Of a stretch of DNA of 64,000 nt, positions 37,561 to 45,696 are shown piece by piece. The notes under the pieces are model-generated. The model made no database searches. It saw only the letters and a list, made by a program, of their open reading frames with translations, and had not been told where the DNA came from. Numbering within the stretch: position 1 is the stretch's first letter; each line of letters opens with the position of its first letter. This stretch comes from a virus. The stretch lies in the IMG/VR virus record IMGVR_UViG_3300005327_000002, positions 1 to 64,000 of that record; one strand, 5' to 3'. A program made the translations under genes and the position numbers.

Positions 37561-38460
37561 ATGGCGACCATCTCCCCGCGCATGCAGGACGCGATCCGCA
37601 CCGGAGCCGACGGCGCGGTGGTCTTCTGCGAGCGCGCCGACACGGAGTCCGCCCTGATCCGGCACGGCCTGATCCACCCGGTGCAGTCCACCCTCACCGA
37701 GTACGGCCAGCAGGTCCTGGCGGGCCTGCTGGAGGCCGACGCGGCGGCGCAGGCCGCCACCGGCGGCACAGTGCACCGGCCGCAGTCCTGCGCCCAGGAC
37801 GCCGACGCCCCGGCGGAGTGGGAGGGCTTCGCCTTCAGCCGGGTGGCGGTGGGCGACTACGTCCGCTTCCAGACCCGGGAGACCGGCTTCGACGGGCGCG
37901 GCCTGTACTACCGGGAGGGCTGGGTGATCCGCGTCACGGAGTCCTCCATGGTGGTCAGGGTCGGCCACAACGAGACCGCCCGCATCAGCGCGCAGTCCTT
38001 CATGGAGCGGGATGTGGCCCGCAAGCCCGGGATCAAGGTCCCCTACCACCCCGACTTCGCGCACCGGGTCGTCCGGGGCGCGAACGTGACCGTGATCTGG
38101 TCGCCCTTCCCGATCATCGACGCGGCGGCCGTGGTGGACAACTTCCTGGACGCCCGCTACCGGGACGTGGAGACCGTCGCGGAGGCCGCCCGCTTCACGA
38201 AGGCGGAGGGGGCCGACTTCTCCGGCTGGGTGGTGCGCAGCGGGCTGGACTACTCGGACCCGCGACGGACCCGGAAGGCCGCCCTGGAGCAGCTGGAGAT
38301 GGCGGTGGCGGACTACTTCGGCGCGGCCGTGGACTACCTGCGCCAGGGCCCGCAGCCGGTGGAGGACCGGCCCACCCCGATGGCCGCGAAGGTGGCGGCC
38401 TTCCAGGAGCTGGCGAAGGAGCTGGAGGCGGCCGGGCTCAACGTGCGCGCCCTGCTCTGA
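37561..38460 (+). CDS. Hypothetical multidomain protein
   Basis: SD GAAGGAG; shared leader. Confidence 0.7.
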   Translation: MATISPRMQDAIRTGADGAVVFCERADTESALIRHGLIHPVQSTLTEYGQQVLAGLLEADAAAQAATGGTVHRPQSCAQDADAPAEWEGFAFSRVAVGDYVRFQTRETGFDGRGLYYREGWVIRVTESSMVVRVGHNETARISAQSFMERDVARKPGIKVPYHPDFAHRVVRGANVTVIWSPFPIIDAAAVVDNFLDARYRDVETVAEAARFTKAEGADFSGWVVRSGLDYSDPRRTRKAALEQLEMAVADYFGAAVDYLRQGPQPVEDRPTPMAAKVAAFQELAKELEAAGLNVRALL

Positions 38461-38470
38461 CCCCTGCCGG

Positions 38471-38525
38471 ACAACGACCCCTGATGCGACATGATGTTGC
38501 ATCAGGGGTCGTTGTGTGTCATGAT
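38471..38525 (+). promoter_or_regulatory. Hairpin/operator/promoter unit 6
   Basis: ATGCGACATGATGTTGCAT; TTGCAT-N17-CATGAT; arms acaacgacccctg/caggggtcgttgt. Confidence 0.78.
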
Positions 38526-38584
38526 GGCGCTTCGACCGAAACACCCGCCGCGCCCGCCAGCCGGGCCGCCGAAAGGACACCGAC

Positions 38585-39025
38585 ATGAACGCCCCCGTCT
38601 GCGGCTACTCCGCCGCCCACACCGCCGCAGCAGTCCCCGCCGACCTCCGGGTGGGCATGGGCCCGCTGGGCCAGGTCCCCTGCTGCACCCCCTGCGCCGA
38701 CACCTACGACCGGCTGAACGGGGTGCCCGGTGAGCGCCTGCCGCTGGCCGCCGTCCGGTTCGCGGTCGTCGCCACGGAGGCGACCTACGACGAAGACGAC
38801 GCCGAGATCATCGCGGTGACCGGCCCCCTGGCCTTCGGCGACAGCCTGGAGCAGGCCCTGAAGGCGCTGCCCGGGGAGACCGTCGGGGAGGTGTACGCGG
38901 TGTGGGCCTCCGCCGACGTGGAGCAGCGCGCGGGCGGCTGCCGCCCCGACTCCCTGGTGATGATCAACGTCTACGGGGACGCCATGGCGCTGGCCGACAC
39001 CTACCTGCAGATCGTGGCGATCTGA
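38585..39025 (+). CDS. Hypothetical protein, paralog family member A
   Basis: SD GAAAGGA; AVW...RPD.L...GD...LA..YL. Confidence 0.7.
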   Translation: MNAPVCGYSAAHTAAAVPADLRVGMGPLGQVPCCTPCADTYDRLNGVPGERLPLAAVRFAVVATEATYDEDDAEIIAVTGPLAFGDSLEQALKALPGETVGEVYAVWASADVEQRAGGCRPDSLVMINVYGDAMALADTYLQIVAI

Positions 39026-39399
39026 TGGCCCGCCGCGCCTTCGTCCGCACCGCCGTGGCCAACCAGGTGCACGACCTGGTGGAGGAGCGCCTGGCCCCCC
39101 TGCAGATCCCCGCCGGGAACCTGTCCTTCGGCTACGCCCTGGCGGAGGACATCCTGGCCCTGGTCCGGGGCCAGGAGCCCGACACCGGCCGGAACCTGGA
39201 CCGGGAGTGCTACGGCACCCTGTGCAAGGTCGCGCCGACCTGGCGGGCCCGCCTGTCCCCCACCCCGGAGGACGAGACCGGCGGCACGTGGCTGGGCGCC
39301 TGCGGCCGCCACCTGGCCTGGGTGTGCGACCAGATCTCCGACGGGGAGAACGTCGACCTGGACGTGGAGCGCATCCGCGCCTCCCTGACCGCCCGCTGA
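39025..39399 (+). CDS. Hypothetical Zn-binding protein (C..C...CGRH)
   Basis: TGATG coupling. Confidence 0.6.
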   Translation: MARRAFVRTAVANQVHDLVEERLAPLQIPAGNLSFGYALAEDILALVRGQEPDTGRNLDRECYGTLCKVAPTWRARLSPTPEDETGGTWLGACGRHLAWVCDQISDGENVDLDVERIRASLTAR

Positions 39400-39421
39400 A
39401 CTACCCGAGAGGACACAGCAC

Positions 39422-39733
39422 ATGACCGAGCACTACGCCGTCCAGAAGACCACCGCCACCGAGACCGCCGACGGGGCCGCCTTCGTGCTGGACGGGGACG
39501 GCCGGGTCTCCCTGGGCCTGGTCAACGCGGTGCACCGCATCGGCGCCTGGGCCGGGAACGTCTTCGCGGTGTGGACCGCCGACGGCCGGGACGCGGCGCT
39601 GGAGGCGCAGCGGACCCGCAGGCCCGACGCCCTGTACACCGTGACCGACTCCGGCGACCTGCTCCAACTGGCGGACCGCTACCTGGAGTTCGTGGTCCGC
39701 ATCGACCGGGCGACCGGCGGATGGGCCGCCTGA
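39422..39733 (+). CDS. Hypothetical protein, paralog family member B
   Basis: SD GAGAGGA; same motif. Confidence 0.7.
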   Translation: MTEHYAVQKTTATETADGAAFVLDGDGRVSLGLVNAVHRIGAWAGNVFAVWTADGRDAALEAQRTRRPDALYTVTDSGDLLQLADRYLEFVVRIDRATGGWAA

Positions 39734-40077
39734 TGGGCGCCTTCCTGTCGGCCAGCCGCTACGCGGTGCGCCGGGTGGTCCCGCGCGGGACCACCGGCGG
39801 CGGCGGCTGGGACCTGGTCCTGGAGCAGGACGGTCCCGTGTGGACCGGGGACAGCTGGTCGCGGGGCGCCAACGCGCTGCAGCTGCCGCTGGGCGGCGTG
39901 CTGGCGGTGTGGGCGGACCCGGCCTGGGAGGAGCGGCCGCCGTCCCGGCCGGACCGCCTGTACGCGGTGCTGGGCAGCGGGGACCTGGTGGCGATGGCGC
40001 CGGAGTACCTGACCGGGGTTCAACTCCCGTACTGGGAGCGTCACGGAACGCAGTTGCCCGTGGTGATCAAGGGGTAA
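39733..40077 (+). CDS. Hypothetical protein, paralog family member C
   Basis: TGATG coupling; same motif. Confidence 0.65.
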   Translation: MGAFLSASRYAVRRVVPRGTTGGGGWDLVLEQDGPVWTGDSWSRGANALQLPLGGVLAVWADPAWEERPPSRPDRLYAVLGSGDLVAMAPEYLTGVQLPYWERHGTQLPVVIKG

Positions 40078-40094
40078 GATCCCCGAAATGCAAC

Positions 40095-40122
40095 AGGGCC
40101 CCCGCCCGGAGGCGGGGGCCCT
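40095..40122 (+). terminator. Terminator ending accessory operon
   Basis: agggcccccgcc-cgga-ggcgggggccct. Confidence 0.7.
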
Positions 40123-40254
40123 TCACACTCGGTGCCGGTGAACTTTGGCGAGCGACCCGGCGCCCCGAACGTAAGACGTGGACCACCGTACAGGGCCCGT
40201 GCGCGGTTGCGCACCTGGGGACCCGTCGGTGCGTCGGCGTCGTAGGAGCAGCGC

Positions 40255-41367
40255 ATGTCCTTCACCGCCATCACCTGGGCCCTGGAAGACGCCCCCGTGG
40301 CCGACACCGTGGAGCGGGCCATCCTGGTCAAGCTGGCCAGCCACGCCGACCACGACGGTCGGGCCGCCTTCCCGTCGAAGAAGACCATGGCCCGCGTGGC
40401 CCTGTGCGACCCGAAGACCGTCCAGCGCAAGCTGGCCGCGATGGTCCGCCGGGGGCTGATCGCCCTGGGCGACCAGGAGGCCGCCCGCATGATCCCGAAG
40501 CACCTTCGCCCCACGGTCTACGACCTCCTGATTCCGGCGGCCTGGTACGGGCCGGAGCAGCTGGAGCGCGTCAACCGGGACCGGGTCTACGTCGGCCTGC
40601 CGCCGCTGGACGCTCTGGACCGCCCCGGCCTGGCCCCCGCCCCGGAGCGCGCGAAGCGGTCGGACGCCGGGGTGCCCCGCCCGCGCCGGGACGCCCAGGA
40701 GACCGGGGACGGAGTTGTCCACAGGGGGGACTCACAGTCCCCCCACCCGGGGACTGTGAGTCCCCCCACCCGGGGACTGACAGTCCCCCAAACCAGTACT
40801 AGTAACCAGTCCAGTGAACCTGTCCCTCCGTCTCCCGCCCGCAGGGCGGCAGGTGCGGGTAGTGGGCGCGCGGGCGCGGGGCGGCCCGCTTCGCGGGGAG
40901 ATGGGGAGGCAGCGACCGGAGCGACCGAAGGCCTGGTGATCCACGACCGCCCCGACGGGGCCGTGGCGGCCGTCCTGGAGGCCGTGCCCGGCATCGTGCG
41001 GGCGCTGACCCCCGGACAGCTGCGCCTGGCCTCCAGGGCCGTCCTGGGCGTCCTCCAGGGGCCCTTCCAGGACCCGGCCGCCCTGGCCGCCCACCTGGAG
41101 GCCCGGCTGGCGCCCATGTCGCTGACCGACGACTGCGACCCCCGGGCGTTCATCCGCGACCCCTACGCCTGGCTGATCTCCCAGCTGCCGGACATCACCG
41201 TGTGCCAGGGCGGCTGCGGGCGCACCGTCCACGCCACGGCCGGGCGCAGCGGGCTGCGGTGCGCTTACTGCTCGGACGGCGTCGACCCGGCCCGGGCGCT
41301 GGCGGAGCTGGCGCGGGAGAACGCGGCCGTACTCGGCGACGGGTGCCCTCCGCCGGACTGGGCGTGA
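40255..41367 (+). CDS. HTH_36-type replication initiator-like protein
   Basis: MSFTAITWAL..AP....ERAILVKLA.HAD..G..AFPS..T.A....C...TVQR.L..M...GLI; internal iterons; C-terminal Cys motif. Confidence 0.75.
   Translation: MSFTAITWALEDAPVADTVERAILVKLASHADHDGRAAFPSKKTMARVALCDPKTVQRKLAAMVRRGLIALGDQEAARMIPKHLRPTVYDLLIPAAWYGPEQLERVNRDRVYVGLPPLDALDRPGLAPAPERAKRSDAGVPRPRRDAQETGDGVVHRGDSQSPHPGTVSPPTRGLTVPQTSTSNQSSEPVPPSPARRAAGAGSGRAGAGRPASRGDGEAATGATEGLVIHDRPDGAVAAVLEAVPGIVRALTPGQLRLASRAVLGVLQGPFQDPAALAAHLEARLAPMSLTDDCDPRAFIRDPYAWLISQLPDITVCQGGCGRTVHATAGRSGLRCAYCSDGVDPARALAELARENAAVLGDGCPPPDWA
40715..40810 (+). repeat. DnaA box plus three 17-bp palindromic iterons at 23-bp period (candidate origin)
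   Basis: TTGTCCACA 40715-23; GGGGACT(CAC/GTG/GAC)AGTCCCC at 40726, 40749, 40772; AT-richer tract follows. Confidence 0.75.
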
Positions 41368-41618
41368 GTTTCACCGGATCGGGTGACTAACGGTCGGGGG
41401 CTGCCGCCCGGGCGGCGTATCGTCGGCGGCTCCGGTGCTCCCGGGGGGCTGGTCCTCCGGGCGGGCGCCGACCCGCCGCCCCCGGGCGGCCCTCCGCGCA
41501 CCCCACGGCGGCCATCACCCCGGCCGCAGGTCCGCAGCCGCCACGGCCCCCAGGCATCCGGCGGTGCGGACCCCCTCCCCGCGCGGTCGGCCTCCCGGGG
41601 GCGCCGCGCTTCCCGGGC

Positions 41619-43361
41619 CTACGGCGCGGGCGGGATGTACACCGCGCCGACGGCCAGCCGGGCCGTCAGCTTCGGGACGTCCCCGGCCTGGCCGCTGCTC
41701 TGGGCCATCACCCGCAGCTGCGTGCCGCCGGGAATCCGGGCGCTGCGGGACATGAACAGCTGCAGCGGGTTGCGGCCCTTGCCGATGGTGGCGCTGATCT
41801 CCTGCTGGTCGGTGTCGACGGTCTCCGTCCCGTCGCCCCAGCGCAGCCACACCCGCAGCGTCGCCCAGTAGGGCTCCTGGGCGGTGCTGGCCAGCAGCAG
41901 GCGCCCGGCGATCGTCCACAGTCCGGTGGAGGCCGGGGTGAGCGTGCCGTCCGCGCCGACCGCCAGGCCCTCCGGGGGCTGCTCCGGCACCAGCAGGAGC
42001 TGCACGGCGGTGCCGGAGGGGAGCGACTGCGCGGCCGCGTCCAGGAGGGCGCCTGCGGACTGCGCGGCCGGTCCGGGCGCCCCGGTGTCGCCCTTCGGCC
42101 CGGGGTCGCCCTGGTCGCCCTGCGGGCCCCGCAGGTTGGCCAGCTTCACCCAGTCGGTGCCGCGCTTGACGTAGAAGTCGCCGGTGAGCTGGTCCGTGTA
42201 CAGGTCCCCGTCGGCACCCAGGTCCGGGGCGGGGACACCGGCGGCGCCGTAGACCGCAGGGGTGCGGCCGTCGCGGCCGTCGGCGCCCGGGGCCCCGTCG
42301 GCGCCCTTGTCGGCGGCCAGCTCCCAGGGCGACTGCGGGGGCTCCGTCCCGGCGGGCACCTCCTGGGCGGTGGAGTACGACCGGCCGCCGTGCCCCACGA
42401 CGGAGTCCGGCGGGTACGTCACGGAGTCGACCCACTCCCCGGCCCAGGTCAGGCCGCCGCCGGTGGAGCCGCCGTCCATCGTGGCCAGCAGCAGCCACTG
42501 GCCGTCCGTGCCCGGGGTGCTGACCGCGTGGTCCTCCACCGCGCCCCACAGGCGGCGGCTGAAGGTCACCACGGTGCCGCGCCGGTAGTAGTCGCCGGGC
42601 ACCCAGGCCCCGGCCAGCAGCATCCAGGTGTCCGTGCCGCCGTTGGGCAGCTGCGGGTCCGGGGTGCGCGGCGCCAGGCCCTGGGCGGGCACCAGGAGGG
42701 CCGCGCCGGGGGTGCCTTCACGGACCTGCAGGCGCGACAGCAGCGCACCGCCGGAGACCTTCACCGTGGTGTCGGACTCCCGGCCGAAGGTCTGGCACCA
42801 CAGCTCGAACTGCTCGCCCACGTCCATGGGGACGTCGAAGGCGATCGGCTGGGCGATCTTCTGGCCGCCGCCGATCAGGCCGGAGCCGCGCACCGGCAGG
42901 GACGTGACGCTCTGCCCGCCCCGCGTCCACGACAGCCACAGCTCCACGTCCATGGTGTAGGCCGTCGGGGAGTCGGAGGTGAGGACCAGGCCGCCGATCC
43001 AGGACCAGGACGCGGCCGTGTCGGAGGAAACCCGGCCGTCGGCCACCGTGATGCCCTCCGCGTCGCCCACCTCCAGGAGCAGCGGCAGCCGGGCCGGGCC
43101 GACGGGCGCCAGCTGCTCCTGGACGGACAGCTCCCCGCCCTCCGGCAGGGTGCTCCCGGCCGGGCTGAACAGCTGCCAGGGCGGCTGCGGCGGGGCGGCC
43201 GCGCCCGGGCTGGCGGTGGCGATGAACACGCCGTCGGGGGTGGAGACCAGGTCGCCCCGGCGGTAGCAGCCACCGGGCTGGAAGTCGCCCCGGTAGGAGT
43301 CGATCACGGAGCCCGGCGGACCCACCACGCCGTAGCCGCCGCACTGTGTGGGGTGCGTCAT
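41619..43361 (-). CDS. Tail fibre-like protein with CBM5/12-like modules and collagen-like Gly-X-Y repeats
   Basis: YRRGDLV...W, YRRGTVV...W, YPPDSVV...W modules; GADGAPGADG, GPQGDQGDPGPKGDTG. Confidence 0.7.
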   Translation of the reverse strand: MTHPTQCGGYGVVGPPGSVIDSYRGDFQPGGCYRRGDLVSTPDGVFIATASPGAAAPPQPPWQLFSPAGSTLPEGGELSVQEQLAPVGPARLPLLLEVGDAEGITVADGRVSSDTAASWSWIGGLVLTSDSPTAYTMDVELWLSWTRGGQSVTSLPVRGSGLIGGGQKIAQPIAFDVPMDVGEQFELWCQTFGRESDTTVKVSGGALLSRLQVREGTPGAALLVPAQGLAPRTPDPQLPNGGTDTWMLLAGAWVPGDYYRRGTVVTFSRRLWGAVEDHAVSTPGTDGQWLLLATMDGGSTGGGLTWAGEWVDSVTYPPDSVVGHGGRSYSTAQEVPAGTEPPQSPWELAADKGADGAPGADGRDGRTPAVYGAAGVPAPDLGADGDLYTDQLTGDFYVKRGTDWVKLANLRGPQGDQGDPGPKGDTGAPGPAAQSAGALLDAAAQSLPSGTAVQLLLVPEQPPEGLAVGADGTLTPASTGLWTIAGRLLLASTAQEPYWATLRVWLRWGDGTETVDTDQQEISATIGKGRNPLQLFMSRSARIPGGTQLRVMAQSSGQAGDVPKLTARLAVGAVYIPPAP

Positions 43362-43461
43362 GCGCCCAGTATCTGACGGTATGTCCGCAATCCGACGGCA
43401 CCCGGGCGGGTGACCGCCGCACGGGGTGTCCGGCCGGGTGGCGCTGCGCCATGCTGGTGCG

Positions 43462-43611
43462 ATGCCTGTCACCCATCTGCACTACACCTGCTGGGCCTGC
43501 GGGGCGGACAACGTCCTGCACGGCACGTCGGAGGACTGCTGCGACCTGGTCCACGGCATCCCGGAGGAGTGGGAGTGCTGGAACTGCGACGCGCTGAACG
43601 CGACCCCGTGA
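43462..43611 (+). CDS. Small zinc-ribbon protein (49 aa)
   Basis: CWAC...CC...CWNC. Confidence 0.55.
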   Translation: MPVTHLHYTCWACGADNVLHGTSEDCCDLVHGIPEEWECWNCDALNATP

Positions 43612-43688
43612 CCGTCAACGGCGCTGGTGTGCATTCCACCCCGCCGGGGGACTTGACGCACCATCACAGGTCAGGGGAGCCTGGATGT

Positions 43689-44012
43689 ATGAACACACGC
43701 CAGCACACCCCCTCCCGCGTCCGCATCGGGGAGACCTTGCACCTGATCGCGGCCTGGACCCGGGAGTCCACCCGCGACCTGGCCCCCTACGTCGGCGCCA
43801 CCGACGACCGCCCCGGCGGCGTCGACCACACCACCGTCTCCCGCCTCCTGCGCCAGGGCCCCGGCAACCTGGACCACGTGGACGACCTGTGCCGCCACTG
43901 GGGCATCACCCTGACGGAGCTGCTGGCCGGGTTCGGATGGCTGGAGGAGAAGGGCCGCCTTCCCCGCGCCGTCCGCGACGCCAAGGCCACCGGCCAGCAG
44001 CTGCTGGCCTAG
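43689..44012 (+). CDS. XRE-family HTH protein
   Basis: STRDLA...VDHTTVSRLL...LDHVDDLCRHWGITLTELL. Confidence 0.7.
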   Translation: MNTRQHTPSRVRIGETLHLIAAWTRESTRDLAPYVGATDDRPGGVDHTTVSRLLRQGPGNLDHVDDLCRHWGITLTELLAGFGWLEEKGRLPRAVRDAKATGQQLLA

Positions 44013-44599
44013 CCGCCCAGCCGCTCCTGCAGGTCCCGCAGGTCCTGCTCCCGGGCGGCCCGCACAGCCTCCTGGTCCGGGTCGTCCACCTCCGCCGCCA
44101 TCCGCACGTAGCTGAACAGCCCCGCGATCTCCTCCGGCCCGGCGCCCTGGAAGTCCTCCAGGGCCCGGGCCATCCGTTCGTCGTAGACCGCGCTGGCCGA
44201 CACCTTCAGCCAGTCCGTGGCCATCTTCCGCGCCGCCCCCGGCGCCAGCGCCCCGTGCTGGCCCAGGCCCTCCAGCACCACCACGGCCCGCCGCGCCCGG
44301 GAGTTGGCCGTGGCCATCAGGTCCCGCGCCAGCTGCTCCACCTGGTCGGCGTCCACCACCGCCTGCCCGTGCCCCCAGCGGATCACGCACGGCGGCGGCC
44401 CCACCCGCATCTCACCCGGCGCCAGGCGCGGGGAGCCGATGATGTCCAGCACCGGCACCGGCTCCGCGACCACCGGCGCGGGCGCCAGCAGCGCCGCCAG
44501 CTCCTCCTGCGCCGCCGCCTGTCGGGCCGGGCGGGTGCGCCCCTCCCCGACGCGCCGACCGATCCGCCGCCGCCGCCGCCGCCGTCCGCCCTTGCCCAC
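44009..44599 (-). CDS. Hypothetical protein with Arg-rich N-terminus
   Basis: SD GGAGGAG + GTG. Confidence 0.55.
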   Translation of the reverse strand: MGKGGRRRRRRRIGRRVGEGRTRPARQAAAQEELAALLAPAPVVAEPVPVLDIIGSPRLAPGEMRVGPPPCVIRWGHGQAVVDADQVEQLARDLMATANSRARRAVVVLEGLGQHGALAPGAARKMATDWLKVSASAVYDERMARALEDFQGAGPEEIAGLFSYVRMAAEVDDPDQEAVRAAREQDLRDLQERLGG

Positions 44600-44624
44600 G
44601 CCGCACTCCTCCCGCTCCGCCGCC

Positions 44625-45017
44625 CTAGTCCAGGCGGTCGCTGTGCGCCACAGCGTAGAGCGGGTGCCAGGACGGCTCCCCCGTCGGCAGCAGTTCACCC
44701 AGGGCGTAGAACTCACCCGTACGGCCCGACAGCCAACCGACCTGACGCCACACCGTCCGCTCCCCGCCGCACGTCGTCACCCGCTCCGGGCCCGCGTCCG
44801 ACAGCATCCGCACCGGCCGCACCTCCGGAGGCGCCCCGGTGAGCACCACCGGGACGTCCGCCGCCCCCGGCGCCGGGATCTCCGGCTCCAGGCGGAAGCC
44901 GTACAGCACCGTGCGCTCCGGCGGCCCCAGCGGCCTGCCGCCCGGGTCCAACCGGGTCACGTGCGCCACGGTGCGGTCGGGGAACTCCGGGTCAGGCCCG
45001 GTCGCGTTCGTCGTCAC
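44625..45017 (-). CDS. Hypothetical protein
   Basis: SD GGGAGG + GTG. Confidence 0.5.
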   Translation of the reverse strand: MTTNATGPDPEFPDRTVAHVTRLDPGGRPLGPPERTVLYGFRLEPEIPAPGAADVPVVLTGAPPEVRPVRMLSDAGPERVTTCGGERTVWRQVGWLSGRTGEFYALGELLPTGEPSWHPLYAVAHSDRLD

Positions 45018-45066
45018 CTGGCCAGCCTCCCAGGACTGCCGGGTGCAGCGTGGGACCCTGCCCGGC

Positions 45067-45684
45067 ATGAACCGACCGCCCCGCCGCCAGCCGCGCGGCC
45101 GCCGCGCCACCCTCACCCAGGACCAGCTCTGGGCCGACGCCGAACCCCGGGACCTGGCCCGCCTGTTCCGCACCGCCGCGACCGTCGGCGTACCAGAGCC
45201 CACCCCCGACTGGGCGCAGGCCTGGGCCCAGGTCGTGGCGATGATCGAAGGCTCCCCCGCCCGCTGGGCCTTCGGCCGGACCGGCGGCCCGCTGCTCCCC
45301 GCCTGGGCGACCGGGGAGAACCCGGAGGACGTGCTAATCCGCCTGGACTGGACGGAGAACCCCGGCGGCCACCCCGACCTGGAATACGCCATGGCCGCAC
45401 GCCAGCGCGCCTCCCGGGAGCAGCGCGTACTGGCCGACGTGGAGCGCCGCCAGGCCGCCCTGGAGCTGGAGCGCCTGCTGAACGCCAAGGCCGCCCGTCG
45501 GGGGCTCCCCCGCGACCAGTCCGACTGCCTGGACGGGCTCTGCTCCCACGGCGCGCCGGACTCCGCCGACACGGCGCCCCCGGCCGTCTACGGAAAGCCC
45601 TCCGCCACCGTCTACCCCGACCCCGGGACCGGAACGGTATGGCTGGGGAACTGCCCCATCAGCCCACCGGGCAGCGCCCAGTGA
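45067..45684 (+). CDS. Hypothetical protein
   Basis: GC3-biased frame, divergent from 44625..45017. Confidence 0.5.
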   Translation: MNRPPRRQPRGRRATLTQDQLWADAEPRDLARLFRTAATVGVPEPTPDWAQAWAQVVAMIEGSPARWAFGRTGGPLLPAWATGENPEDVLIRLDWTENPGGHPDLEYAMAARQRASREQRVLADVERRQAALELERLLNAKAARRGLPRDQSDCLDGLCSHGAPDSADTAPPAVYGKPSATVYPDPGTGTVWLGNCPISPPGSAQ

Positions 45685-45696
45685 AGGGCCCGGGGC

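Noticed and set aside
34683-38525. Repeated palindromes as a CRISPR array or classical integron attC sites
   Set aside because: Spacing is gene-sized and irregular, orientation flips at the centre, no cas or integrase gene in the window, no RYYYAAC/GTTRRRY ends; fixed -35/-10 geometry fits promoters better
40088-40095. Seventh operator copy (ATGCAACA)
   Set aside because: Only a half-site with no matching -10 at the expected spacing
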